Assembly: GCA_038087875.1 (NCBI GenBank)
Contig: CM075995.1
Coordinates: 6,264,001 to 6,328,000, forward strand
Reading direction: 5' to 3'
Origin: Malacoraja senta
Lineage: Eukaryota
Length of the DNA stretch: 64,000 nt
Made by a program: the position numbers and the translations under genes. This document shows positions 37,236-50,845 of this stretch, piece by piece. Positions within the stretch are counted from its first letter, which is position 1, and every line of letters begins with the position of its first letter. Below the pieces are notes generated by a model. It saw nothing but the letters and a program-made list of their open reading frames with translations, did no database searches and had not been told where the DNA came from.

Positions 37236-38100
37236 ATCAAGAGTCAAGGGTCAAGTGTGTTTTATTGTCATATGTCCCAGATAGAACAATTAAATTCTTA
37301 CTTGCTGCAGCACAACAGAATATGTGATCATAATAAATAATAACAAAAACTCAGAAAAAAAGAACAAACAATAACAGTGGAATGATAATAATAATAATAA
37401 TCTACTGTACTTCATAGCTTATGAGGTTGTAGTGTTTAATAGCCTGATGGCTGTAGGGAAGTAGCTGTTCCTGAACCTGGATGTTATAGTTCTCAGGCTT
37501 CTGTACCTTCTTCCTGATGACAGTGGTGAGATGAGTGTGTGGCCAGGATGGTGTGGGTCTTTGATGATGTTGGCAGCCTTTTTGAGGCAGCGACTACGAT
37601 AGATCCCTTCAATGGTAGGGAGGTCAGAGCCGGTGATGGCCTGGGCAGTGTTTACAACTTTTTGCAGTCTTTTCCCCCCTGGACAATCAATTTGCCGAAC
37701 CAGACCACAATGCAGCCAGTCAGTATGCTCTCTACTGCGCAGCTGTAGAAGTTCAAGAGAATCCTCTTTGACATAGTGAATCTCCGTAATCTTCTCAGAA
37801 AGTAGAGGCGCTGATGTGCTTTCTTTATGATTGCATCAGTGTGCTGGGTCCAGGAAAGATCGTCAACCTGACGTAAGTGTTTTTATTGTCCAAGTGGTCC
37901 AGTGCGGAGCGGAGAGCCAGTGAGATCGCATCCTCCATGGACCTATTGTGATGGTAGGCAAACTGTTGTGGGTCGAGGTTCTTATTGAGGTTGTAGTTGA
38001 TATGCCCCATAACCAAAGCACTTCATCACCATGGACGTTAGTGCCACTGGTCGAACGTCATTGAGGCATGTCACCTTACTCTTCTTGGGCACCGGTATTA
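37236..38100 (-). mobile_element. Rex1/Babar-like LINE fragment, internally deleted
   Basis: Reverse-complement similarity to 34960-36240 (LDPQQFAYHHNRSMEDAISLAL) and a cttgactcttga tail. Confidence 0.72.
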
Positions 38101-39984
38101 TTCATGCCCTCTTAAAACAAATACTCAACAATGTAAGAATAATAGAGTAGACAGAGGTAGTGTAGAATAGTATAGAATAGTTGCCATGTTTCCAGCACCA
38201 CCTTGTATCCTTCACGTTCAGAGCTGTTAAGAATGTGAAGGATACAATCTTGGCCATAAAGGATAGTTGTCTTGGCAGCAGCACTGGGTTAGAGTTGCAG
38301 GGATTGGCCTGGGCAGACAGTTTTGTTGGGGTCTTCCACCAATGCTCCACTGCAGGCTTTGGCCGATCCACACGCTCAACCTCTTCAAGCAGCACCCAAT
38401 CCAGTCGAGCCCTAGACCTCCTGTGGCCCACTCAATCAACACATCGACCCACAAAAGTGCCGTCCCTTACCTCACACAGCCATGACTCAACCTCCATACC
38501 CCGCAGCTGACCTCAGGACACACAGAGTGCCTCCTAGGTCGCAGGAAGTAAGCCCCCAACCTGCTCACCAGTACGGTTCCTTTTCTCCATCCACCGCCAG
38601 TGTCATCTTGAAGGTAAATCACCCCCATCTGCATCTCTTGAAATCTGTCCACCCCCAGGCCCAGGCCACTCCTCTTCCATGGGCCTCCTTGCCCCTGTGG
38701 ACCTTTGCTTTTATGTTGGGGGTTGGCAGAAATGTTAAACTTTCTAGGCCATTTCAGAGTCAAGTGCATTACAATTGCTCTGGTGTCACTTATAATCCTG
38801 ACTAGGTGAAATAGGGGATTTCCTTTCCTAAAGGATAGGGTTTTTAATTGGAAATCAAATAGTTTAGTAATCACAATTATTGATGCCACCTTTTAGTTCT
38901 AAGTAATTTTATGAGGTAAATCTAAGTGACCTAGCTGGTGGGACATTATTAAAATGTCTGCAGATCATTAGTTCAGGTCTCTCGATTCAGTATCGCACAT
39001 TACACTGCCATTCACATATGGCATTACAGTCGTTGGAGCCAATCCATGATTTCCAGCATCATTTTTAAAACACAGATCATCAATCTTGCTTGCTACACTG
39101 TACTTGTACAATTATATCACTGAATCATTTTTCATTTCCTTACAAAGGTCATGCACTGCCAATTTATGTCATCAGACTACGGTCATTGCTCATTTGTACT
39201 GTTCTGCATGGATTATCCACCAATTAGTTTTCCTTTAGCAGCTGTGTTCAGTTTCTGCCTTTCATTTGATTCATCATTTAATCCTATTCATTCTTTAGCC
39301 CCTATCAATATACTGCCTATAAATGTTTACAGATATTAAGTACCCTCCTTCTACTGTGCCTTCTCAAAGGTTTAAATGTATTGAAAGCTATGCAAATCCA
39401 AGAAAACCTAATTTAACCAGCCTCTTTCTGATAAATTGGACATCAGTTAAATTCCCACAACTTTCTGGTTCTAATGCAATACTCACGGCACAACAAAATG
39501 ATTCTAATAATTCTATATCTATTCATTCAATTCCCCACTAAGGAATCAAAATTGATGGGGGTGTTTAAGAGGGAACTGCAGATGCTGGAAAATCGAAGGT
39601 AGACAAAAATGGTGGAGAAACTCAGCGGGTGAAGCAGCATCTATGGAGCGAAGGAAATAGGCAACGTTTCGGGTTGAGACCCTTCTTCAGAAAATTGATG
39701 GGGGTATGTCTTTCATAAACATCAGCTTTGCCTTGAGTGAATAAAAAAAAAATAGACTGGGTGTTACATGATGTATCCAAAACCAAGCAAAATGTCAAAA
39801 GAATCAAATCATAATTAAAAGAAAGCAGTGAGGGCATTTGCTTCAAGCAAATCCTCAGTAATGCACAAATGTTATTCTGTCCAACTCTGAGAAAGACTAC
39901 ATGAACATAATCTATTATGCAGCACAAAGACCAAATACCACGATTCCTACATAAGGCACCAAATTCCAATTAACCCTTCGGCCC

Positions 39985-40230
39985 ACTAAATTCACACCGA
40001 CCACCTGTACACAAGTTGTTGATTATCCCTTTTTTGTATCCTACACACTAGCGGAAATTTACAGCAGCCAATTAACCTATCAACCTGCACGTCTTTGGAA
40101 TGTGGGAGGAAACTAGGGCACCTGGCGAAAACACACATTTTCATAGGGAAAATGTACAAACTCCATACTGACAGCACCAGAGGTCAGGATTGAACCCGGG
40201 TCTCTAACGCTGCGCCAATGTGCTGCCCTT
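39985..40230 (-). mobile_element. tRNA-headed SINE (HE1/V-SINE-like), degenerate
   Basis: Minus strand gggcagcacattggcgcag..acccgggttcaatcc (A/B-box-like head), followed by the same core as 46920-47225. Confidence 0.65.
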
Positions 40231-42299
40231 TAATGTGAAGTTTTTATTTGGCCAGATTATTTGAACCTGTTATCATCTCATATCAAATCACATTTCAACC
40301 TCCTTTGTTTCAAAGGGAAGTGACCCAGGTTCTCCAACCCAACGTTTTATCTGAAATCCTTCATTTGAAACCAATGGTCAATCACCTTGCACCCTTTCAA
40401 GGATCTTGGCATCCTTCCAAAAGTGTGGTTACCAGAAATAAACATTTTACTTAAGAACATTTTCTGAAGAAGGCTCTCAATTCTTCACCCATTCCTTCTC
40501 TCCAGCGATACTGCCTGTCCCGCTGAGTCATTCCAGCACTTTGTGTCTATCTTCGGTTTAAAACAGCATCTGCAGTTCCTTCCTACACATATTACTCCTG
40601 TCGTGGTCAATTTACCTGGAGCAAAATTATACTGAAGTGTTGGTATTAACTGCAAACAAAGTAGATTGTGGCTGGGTGGGGGAAGCTCTGTTCCCTGGAG
40701 GACACTGTGATTGGCATCAGGCAAAAAAACAACTGGTAACCACAGATGATCATGTAGAGAAACAGTATGTACAAAAACAACAGGGCAAACCATAGGCAAG
40801 TGAAAATTCAGAGGTAATACAATAAGAGCAGAGAAAAACAAAATGCTATTTCTCTTCCTTTAATCTGAGATGCACAAATTAAATTGAACAATTGCTGTCC
40901 CTGCTAGTTGATGAAATGTATCCCACACTGGCTAGAGGAAGCATAACCAAATATTTTGTGGATGCTCCAAAAAGTACAAAGGCATGTACCAGTGGACTAT
41001 TTCTAAAGGAATTCAAAACTTTAAAATCACATAAGTAGCGAATCAAAAGAATAATAAAAGAACAAAGCAAGAAGGTGAAGGTAAAGTTACAGTTAGTGAA
41101 AGTATTGAAAAGTGAACTGACTAGATGATAGGCACGGTGCAAACTGAATAAGTGAATGATTAAGTTTGAATGAATGAATAAGTTTATTGGCCAAATATTC
41201 ACATACAAGGAATTTGCCTTGGTGCTCTACCCACAAGTGACAACGTGACATACAGTGACAGTTAAGAATGACACATAAAACATTAAACATTAATAATAAA
41301 ACATTATTGATTAAACATGTGAATTAAATAAAATACCAGAGCAAAAGGAGGCTACAGATTTTTGGATATTGAGTAGAGCTACTACTCATGGGGAAAAAAA
41401 GCTGTTTTATGTCTGGAGCCCACGACATATTAAAAATAAAAGTAAATGGTGAAAACTGAAAACTATGAACAAATTAAGGATGTTTTTGCTGCAACCAAGG
41501 TGTTCAAAAGGTTAGAGAGGAGACAATGCGAGAGCCCAAGTCAGATACTTGTAATGAATATGCTGGAGTAACTCAACGGGTCAAGCAGCATCTCTGGAGA
41601 ACAGGAATGGTGACATTTCAGGTTTAGACCCTTCTTATGACTGATTATGGTAGGAAGGGGGGTGGGGGGGGGAGAAAAAAGCTGGAAAAGGGGTGAGGTG
41701 GGAAAAGCGTGATAGGTAATAGGTCATCATTGGTAAGGGAGGCTTTTGATAGCAAGATGGTTGAAGCATGGGCAAAGATAAGACAGATGTGAGACATATT
41801 TGAAGAATTCTGGATTGTAAAGCCAGAGGGAGGAAAGTAGGAGGAGGTTGGGGGTCATTCAGCACTTTGTGCCCTTTTGTGTATTAACCAGCATCTGCAT
41901 TTGTTTGTTTCTACGACTTGTGATGAATAAGTTGAGTGAAAGCACCGAAGAACAAATGTGCAAGGTTCATCATCATCTGCCTCCTAACTGAATCAGAGGG
42001 TCCACGATCCACAATTTTCCTCACTGATTCCGTGTGCTTTGAGATATACATTCTGCTCTCCCAAAGTCACTAACTTTCTGATAATGTACCATTTTATTCC
42101 TTTTAACATAGTCCCAATTGCATTCTTATGCTGTAAGCCCAGCAGCAAGGTCAATACAACATACTACTGCACAAGGCTTCTCTGCATAACTATACCTACA
42201 GATAGAACTTTAATGACTGGATACCATACTCTCAGCTCTAGCAGCCATCAACGCTCCCACAATGAATATTTGCCAACGTCTCTGATCAATCATAAGCCA

Positions 42300-42870
42300 T
42301 CAAATGCCTGTGTTCAACAGGGATCAGTGCTGGGGCCCTGGCTGTATAAGATATGCATGAACAACTTGGAAGTGAATGCATGATTAATAAATTCTCAGAT
42401 GTTGACCCTGTTTAGGATAGTCTTAGGCTACAGGGTTATATTGGTCAGATGGTCTGAGAAATGGCAGATGGAGTTTAATCCTGATAAATATGAGGCAATG
42501 CATTTTGAAAGCACAAATGAGGCAAGTATACACACCATGAAAGGCAAGGGAGTATTGAGGAATAGCGAGGACGGTGTACAACTCCTAAGATCCTTGATGG
42601 TGGCAGTGTATGGAGGTAAAATAGTTTTAAAGGATATAGGATATTGGTCAGGGCATTGAGTACAAGAGCTGGGAGGTTATGCTCCAACTTTATAAAACGT
42701 TGGCAAGACCTCAGCTGAAGTAGCATGTGTAGTACTGATCACCCCTCTAGTTGAAGGATCTAGTGCTAGAGACAGTGTGAGCAGATTCATCAGGATGCTG
42801 CCTGGGATGGAACATTTAAGTTATGAAGAGGGACTGGATAAGGTGGGTCTGCTTTCCCTGGAACGGAGAT
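42300..42870 (+). mobile_element. Old degenerate CR1 RT fragment
   Basis: QGSVLGP and WQMEFNPDKYEAMHF remnants. Confidence 0.7.
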
Positions 42871-43058
42871 AAAATTTAAGGAGATGATTTTAACTTTATG
42901 AATTCATTCTGAATGAATTCATTCTAAATGAATTCATTTATGAATTTTAAAGTTTTAAGAATTAATTTTCACTCCTTAAAAAAACATTAAAATATTTCAA
43001 AGCTCCACTTATTTTTTTTACTGACAGTGAATTTCTCCAATTTTGATATGACCATCGT

Positions 43059-46000
43059 AAAGGAGCGAGAGAGAAAATGGGGAATTACAGACCAGTAAGC
43101 CTGACTTCGGTGGTGGGAAAGATGCTGGAGTCAATTATTAAAGAGGTTATAATGAGGCATTTAGATAGCAATAAAAGGATTAGTCCAAGTCAACATGGAT
43201 TTATGAAAGGGAAATCATGCTTGACTAATCTTCTGGAATTTTTTGAGGATGTGACAAGTAAAATGGATGAAGGGGTGCCAGTGGATGTAGTGTATCTAGA
43301 CTTTCAGAAAGCCTTTGATAAGGTCCCGCACGGGAGACTAGTGACTAAAATTAGAGCACATGGTATTGGGGGTAGGGTGTTGACATGGATAGAAAATTGG
43401 TTGGCAATTATGTGAAATTATGCCAATAAGGGAACACATCAAACAGATAATACAACAATTTCCATTTAAAATAGTAAACGAAAAATTCAAATACCTAGGC
43501 ATTTACGTAACTAAGATATATACATCATTATTTAAAGCAAATTTCCCCCATTACTGAACAAACTACATAAGAATATTCAATATTGGAAAACACTTCCTAT
43601 TTCAATGGTTGGCAAAATTAATGCCATATTTTTTACCGCAAATATTATACCCTTTTCAGACAATTCCGATATATTTGTCAAAAAACTTTAAAAAAAAATT
43701 GGATTCCATTGTTAATTATTTTATCTGGGATTATAAGAATCATAGGATAAACAAAAGACATTTGTGTAAATCAAAAATAAATGGAGGCTTGGTTTTTACC
43801 AAACTTTCTGTTTTATTTTTGGGCAGTTAATATTGAAAATATGAATTTCTGGTTGGAAGAAATAGATCAACAACCAGATTGGTTAAAAATGGAAAAGGAA
43901 GATTGTTTACCTTTTGATATCGGCTCGATATTATTTGCTACGTCTAAATTAAACAAAAACATTTATATGGAAAACCCTATAATATTTAGTGCTATACGAA
44001 TTTGGAAACAATTAAAAAAGACATTAAAATTAGATAACTTATCACTTTTTCTTCCAATTGTGAATAACCCTTTGTTTAAGCCCTCATGGTTGGACAGGGG
44101 TTTTACACAATGGAAGAATTATGGAATTAAAAATATGGGACAACTTTACAAGGAAGGCACTTTTCTTACATTTCAGGAGTTGCAACAGACTTATGGACTT
44201 CGAGGAAATGATTTTTTCAGATATCTTCAACTCAGAGATTATGTAAAATCGAATACTCAAAATTTTCGAATTAGAAATTCAGAAATTCTTGATGAATGTT
44301 GGAATAAACATCCTAATACAGAAAAATTAATATCTTATATATATAATATTTTATTAGACAGTGACATTCCATCGACGGACTTACACAGACAAACATGGGA
44401 AAAAGAATTAAATCAAATAATAACGAAAGATACTTGGGAAGAAAGTTTACAACACATACATCAATGTTCATTAAATGCCAGACATTCTTTAATACAATTT
44501 AAAGTAATACATAGGTTACATTATTCAAAAACAAAATTACATAAAATCTTTCAACATATCTCACCTATATGTGATAAATGGCAACATTTAGAAGCTAACT
44601 TATCTCATATGTTTGCAAACTGTATAAAAATAAAAAAATTCTGGGTAAATATTTTCAGTATAATATCTAAAGTGACCAGCACACAATTGGACCCAGATCC
44701 AAAATTAATAATACTCGGAACATTAGAATTAAATCAAACATTTACAACAACACAAAGAAACTTTATTGATTATAGTATAATAACGGGAAAGAAATTAATT
44801 CTAAAATTTTGGAAAGGCCCTATAACCCCCACAATCAAAATGTGGATTATAGAAAACGGAGACCTTAAATGTGGAAAGAATCAGATTTTCCCTGTTGGAC
44901 AAACAGGAATTATTCATTGGAACATGGTCTCCCTTTATTGATTATTTAAAGGGTCAGAATGGTTCAGCACAGGAGCCTGACTAACACTCGGGCTAAAGAA
45001 TGGATGAAATGTTATACTCTGAAATGTACGAATATATCTCGAACGAAGTATTTTATCTTAATAAATTTTTCCATTCTTCTTTAACTATCTTTTTCTTTTC
45101 TGTTTTCTTTTATTTATTTATTTATTTATTAATATTATTTTTTGTTGTTTTATTTTCTTTCTCTTTTCTTTACTTCATCTATCTTTTTAGTTCTATCTAG
45201 TTTAAAAAAAACAAAAAAGGCAAAAGGTATTGGAGACAATGTAATAATAATTGACAATATTATCAATTTAAAAATGTAAGACTGGTAATGATGATAATAT
45301 GTTGTGTACTTATCTCCAATAAAAAATATTTTCAAAAAAAAATAATAAAAAAATTGGTTGGCAGACCGGTAGCAAAGAGTAGGAGTGAACGGGTTCTTTT
45401 TAGAATGGCAGGCAGTGGCGAGTGGAGTGCCGCAAGGCTCGGTGTTGGGGCCGCAACTGTTTACCATATATATTAATGATTTGGAAGAGGGAATTAGGAG
45501 CAACACTAGCAAATTTCCAGATGACACAAAGCTGGGTGGCAGTGTGAGCTGTGAAGAGGGTGTTCGGAGGTTGCAGGGTGACCTGGACAGGTTGAGTGAG
45601 TGGGCAGATGCGTGGCAGATGCAGTATAATATAGATAAATGTGAGATTATCCACTTTGGCGGCAAAAACAAGGGGGCAGATTATTATCTCAATGGGGTTA
45701 GGTTAGGTAAGGGGGAGGTGCAGCGAGACCTGGGCGTCCTTGTGCACCGGTCACTGAAAGTTGGCTTATAGGTACAGCAGGCAGTGAAGAAAGCTAATGG
45801 AATGTTGGCCTTCATAACAAGAGGATTTCAGTATAGGAGTAAAGAGGTTCTTCTGCAGTTGTATAGGGCTCTGGTGAGACCACATCTGGAGTACTGCGTA
45901 CAGTTTTGGTCTCCTAATTTGAGGAAGGACATCCTTCTGATTGAGACAGTGCAGCGTAGGTTCACGAGATTGATTCCTGGGATGGCGGGACTGTCATATG

Positions 46001-46445
46001 AGGAAAGATTGAAAAGACTAGGCTTGTTTTCACTAGAGTTTAGAAGGATGAGGGGATATCTTATAGAAACATATAAAATTATAAAAGGACTGGACAAGCT
46101 AGATGCAGGAAAAATGTTCCCAATGTTGGGCGAGTCCAGAACCAGGGGCCACAGTCTTAGAATAAAGGGGAGGTCATTTAAGACTGAGGTGAGAAAAAAC
46201 GTTTTCACCCAGAGAGTTGTGAATTTATGGAATTCCCTGCCACAGAGGGCAGTGGAGGCCAAGTCACTGGATGGATTTAAGAGAGAGTTAGATAGAGCTC
46301 TAGGGGCTAGTGGAGTCAAGGGATATGGGGAGAAGGCAGGCACGGGTTATTGATAGGGGACGATCAGCCATGATCACAATGAATGGCGGTGCTGGCTCGA
46401 AGGTCCGAATGGCCTCCTCCTGCACCTAGTTTCTATGTTTCTATA
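43059..46445 (+). mobile_element. CR1 LINE, 5'-truncated, split by an L1 insertion (parts 43059-43406 and 45350-46445)
   Basis: RT ORF pieces at 43077-43415 and 45385-46353; tail ttctatgtttctat. Same subfamily as 16293-19260 and 49272-50055. Confidence 0.92.
43407..45349 (+). mobile_element. L1-clade LINE, 5'-truncated (second subfamily)
   Basis: ORF2 C-terminus homologous to 11712-14870 (CSLNARHSLIQFKVIHRLHYSKT), T-rich UTR and A-tail. 14-bp TSD AAAATTGGTTGGCA at 43393-43406 / 45350-45363. Confidence 0.92.
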
Positions 46446-46919
46446 TATATGCTCAGCTAGTAACCGTTCCAGCCCAAGAGCTGATTAGCCATGCAAGTTG
46501 ACAATTTCCCCCTGTGGACTCTATACCAGCCCATGTCACAGGAATGGCACTCATAATTTTCCAGCGCACCTGGGTAGGCTGATCTTGCTGGAAGATATCT
46601 CCATTTATCTTGTCCCTGCTACATCCCCATCACCTCCAGAGATTTAGGGATCCCAATTTGAGGATCACTGATGTATGATCACCCAAGAAATAGGAATATC
46701 GGACTGTGACATGAAGTTCACCTTAATATCACTTTCTAGGGCAAGACTGAAGATTTCCCAGAGAAGCCGAGATATTTCTAGCAATGGAGAGCAGGTCAGA
46801 AAGTCAAACATATAATATACAACTGAATAGAAGATCTGAATCATAAAATCTCAATCTTACAATAATCACAAGTAGCATAGGCTGACTCAAACTAGTCTCA
46901 TGAATGTAAGTCACATTAA

Positions 46920-47225
46920 GGGCAGCACGGTGGAACAGCAGTAGAGTTGCTATCTTACAGTACCAGAGACCCGGATTTGATTCTTACTACAGGTACTGTG
47001 TACGGAGTTTATACGCTCTCCCCGTGACCTGCGCAAGTTTTCTCCGGAAGCTCCAGTTTCTTCCCACACTCAAGACGTACTGATTTGTAGGTTAATTGGC
47101 TTGGTCAAATTGTAAAATTATCCCTAGAGTGTGTAGGATAGTGTTAGTGTGCAGGGATTGCTGGTCGGCGTGGATTCGGTGGGCCAAAGGGCCTGTTTCC
47201 ATGCTATATCTCTTAACTAAACTAC
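46920..47225 (+). mobile_element. tRNA-headed SINE (HE1/V-SINE-like) with CR1-type tail
   Basis: ggcagcacggtgg.. head, B-box-like segment, conserved core, and gggccaaagggcctgtttcc..ctaaactac tail. Confidence 0.72.
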
Positions 47226-47715
47226 ATTTGCACTAATATTCAGTACTCACTGATGAGACAGGACACAAATGCATTGAGTAAAATTAGTGGAGGGGCAGTG
47301 GAAGCAGGATGCTTTTAACTTCAGCTTGCACTTAGTGGTGCTGAATGAAATATGTAATGGATGCATATCGGTGTCATAAGCAACTGCTATTTGCTTTATA
47401 TTTGTGTTTTGTAATAATGACCGGAACACATTTATTTCACACATTAGAAGCTTTTTCTCTACATACTGATTTGAAATAAATCAAATTAATTATTTACAAC
47501 ACACCATCCTTTCTTCCTCTACAACCTTTAACATAATGCTCATTGAGATTAAGTACGATCTTTCAGATGAGACAATTATCAGAGACCCGACCTTCATACT
47601 CCCAGGTAACTGGAACAGATTCTATGCTATTAGATGTTTTAGTGCTCTGACTAAAATGTATCCTATTCCAGCATTATGGATACCTAGTCATTAACACATT
47701 GCATTTCATGGAACT

Positions 47716-48783
47716 TCAATTCAAGTCAAGTGTTATTCGTCACGTGCATATAAAGTGCAGTGAAATGAATTTGCCAGCAGCGATACAATAAAAAACACAC
47801 AATATACAGTAAAGAGTTAACACAAACATCCACCACAGCATTCATCACTGTGGTGGAAGGCACAACATTTGGTCAGTCCTCCTCCATTTTCCCCTGTGCT
47901 CGGGACCTCAACCATCCGCAGTAGCCGCTGCGGGCGTCCAGATGTGCAGACAAGGTAAGTCCAGAATCGGTGCCTCCCCACCGGAGACCGCGGCTTCAAG
48001 ACGGTGTAGGCTGCATGCCGGCAGTCGAAGATCTAAAGTCCCCGCCGCGCCGCAGCCAGAAGCACCGCAGACTGCAGGGCCGGTGGTCGGAGCTCCTCTC
48101 CAGGGATCCCCGGCGAGGGATTCCACTCCGCTTGGTAAGTCCCCGCCTCGCCCACGATTAGAAGTAGGCCGCGGGCCGACGGTCGGAGCTCTTCTTCTCC
48201 CAGGTCCCCAACGAGGGATCCCAGGCTCCGGATCCACGCCAGCCGGAAGCACCGCAGTCCACGGCTTCTGGATGATGTAGGCCTCGGGCCGGCGGTCGGA
48301 GCTCCTCTCCAGGGATCCCCAACGAGGGATCCCAGGCTCCAGATGGTAAGAAATAGGCCGTGGGTCGGCGGTCGGAGCTCTTCTCCGGGGTCCCCAACGA
48401 GGGATCCCAGGCTCCGGACGCTGCGCCAGCTGGTGCTCCGCAGACCGTGGCTTCAGGGTGCCGTGGGCCAGCGAACGGAGCTCTCCCCTCTGGCGAGGGC
48501 TCACCCACTCCATGACAAGAGTCCTTGATGCGCCCCGAGCGCGTCTCCGGGAAAGGCCGCACCGATCCTCTATGTTAGGCCACGAGGGAGGCGACATGGA
48601 AAAAGTCGCCTCTCCATGGAGGAGGTGACCGAAGCGGTTTCCCCCTTACCCCCCCCCCCCCCACACAAGACACACCAAGAAACATTAAAAACACACATTG
48701 AGACACACTAAAAAAACAAAAAAACTTTTTAAAAAACAACACGCTGCTGGCAGGGCAGCCGGATCGCAGCCCCCCCACCGACC
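47716..48783 (-). mobile_element. GC-rich non-autonomous retroposon, copy 2, with internal tandem repeats
   Basis: Shares both ends with 31495-32314; about 4 copies of ggtcggagctc..gggatccc..gagggatcccaggctcc. Confidence 0.65.
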
Positions 48784-49271
48784 TACAACTTGCTGTAAAT
48801 AAACCAGGTGCCTCAGTTCCCACATAACAAGAGTGATTATACTTCAAGAGTAATAATGGACACTAAAGTGGTTGGCAAGTCCTGAAAGGAACACAAATGT
48901 CTATTGCTCTGCACTGTACTGCACAAGTTCAATCATAACTGACAAACGTCTGCTTACATGTATTCTGTGGGAGACAGTTGGGAAAGACCATCTGGATTAA
49001 TTGAGAAATGGTCATGACTAGTAAAATAATAAACCATTGAAAAGAAAGAAATAACCGGGTGAGGGAGGAAATTCCCTTCGCTCCATAGATGCTGCCTCAC
49101 CCGCTGAGTTTCTCCAGCATTTTTGTCTACCTTCGATTTTCCAGCATCTGCAGTTCCTTCTTAAACAAGAAATAATATTGGAATGGACAGACATAACATG
49201 CCAAGCAAATGATCCATCTCTGCTTCTGTGTGAGTTTTCCATCAGCACAGAACCAGTCTTCAATTTGATTC

Positions 49272-50380
49272 ATAGAAACATAGAAAATAGGTGCAGGAGG
49301 AGGCCATTCGGCCCTTCGAGCCAGCACCGCCATTCATTGTGATCATGGCTGATTGTCCCCAATCAATCACCCGTGCCTGCCTTCTCCCCATATCCCTTGA
49401 TTCCACTAGCCCCTAGAGCTCTATCTAACTCTCTCTTAAATCCATTCAGGGAATTCCACAAATTCACAACTCTCTGGGTGAAAAAGTTTTTTCTCACCTC
49501 AGTCTTAAATGGCTTCCTCTTTATTCTAAGACTGTGGCCCCCGGTTCTGGACTCGCCCAACATTGGGAACATTTTTCCTGCATCTAGCTTGTCCAGTCCT
49601 TTTATAATTTTATATGTTTCTATAAGATCCCCCTCATCCTTCTAAACTCCAGTGAATACAAGCCTACTCTTTTCAATCTTACCTCATGTGACAGTCCCGC
49701 CATCCCAGGGATCAATCTCGTGAACCTACGCTACACTGTCTCAATCACAAGGATGTCCTTCCTCAAATTAGGAGACCAAAACTGTACACAATACTCCAGA
49801 TGTGGTCTCACCAGAGCCCTATACAACTGCAGAAGAACCTCTTTACTCCTATACTGAAATCTTCTTGTTATGATGGCCAACATTCCATTAGCTTTCTTCA
49901 CTGCCTGCTGTACCTGCACGCCAACTTTCAGTGACCGGCGTACAAGGACACCCAGGTCTCGCTCTACCTCCCCCTTACCTAACCTAACCCCATTGAGATA
50001 ATAATCTGCCCCCTTATTTTTGCCGTCAAAGTGGATAACCTCACATTTATCTATATATATGTAGATGTATAAGATAAAAGATTAACTTTTATCTCTCCCC
50101 ATGTTCCATATCAAGACAATAGACAATAGGTGCAGGAGTAGGCTATTCGGCCCTTCGTTCCAGCACCACCATTCAATGTGATCATGGCTGATCATCCATA
50201 ATCAGTACCCCGTTCCTGCCTTCTCCCCATGTCCCCTGACTCCGCTATCTTTAAGAGCTCTAACTCTCTCTTGAAAGCATCAAGTGGAGAGAATTGGCCT
50301 CCACTGCCTACTGAGGTAGAGAATTCCAGATTCACAACCCTCTGTGTGAAAAAGTTTTTCTTCATCTCCATTCGAAATGG
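49272..50380 (-). mobile_element. Two adjacent CR1 3' fragments (49272-50055 and about 50115-50380)
   Basis: CR1 tails and RT C-terminus (RPHLEYCVQFWSP). Confidence 0.85.
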
Positions 50381-50845
50381 CTAAATCTAAAAGTCAGTAT
50401 CGTATCTGCCTCCAACACATATTTATATTTGAAAGCAAGTGCTACACCCAAACTGCAGATCTAAAAAATGAAACAGAAAACTTTCAAAATGAAAACAGAA
50501 ATTATTTAGTAAATCTAGTGAGCATAGTCACTGGTAAATATACTTAAAATTTAAACTATGGAGGACTTAAATGTTACTTTTAAGAGGTATAAACCAAACT
50601 CATAAGTAACTATACTAAAAGTTCAGTAAGTTTAAGTTCCAGACCATAATTCTGGCTTCAATTTTGGATTATTCATAAAAATCTACTAAATCATTCCAAT
50701 TATTGTCAACCTTATGAATTTTTTTAATTAATTCCCGAAATTGTGGGTATCACTGGTCAGGCATGTATTGCCCATTCCAACTTACGCGGGAGATTGTAGT
50801 GGGTTCCCGCCTTCCTGAACCTCTGGTATTCGTAATAACAGCTTA

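Noticed and set aside
38100..38810. Possible Tx1-like LINE remnant or host exon (several overlapping ORFs)
   Set aside because: Only faint motif resemblance and no OSBPL10 similarity; cannot be supported without a search.
46920..46990. tRNA gene
   Set aside because: It is a degenerate SINE head with no cloverleaf, and it continues into SINE core and LINE tail.
47908..48597. 229-aa Pro/Arg-rich ORF (and similar ORFs at 31665-32351, 54544-54980, 56732-57460)
   Set aside because: Stop-poor GC-rich repeat interiors give ORFs in several frames on both strands, with no domain motifs.
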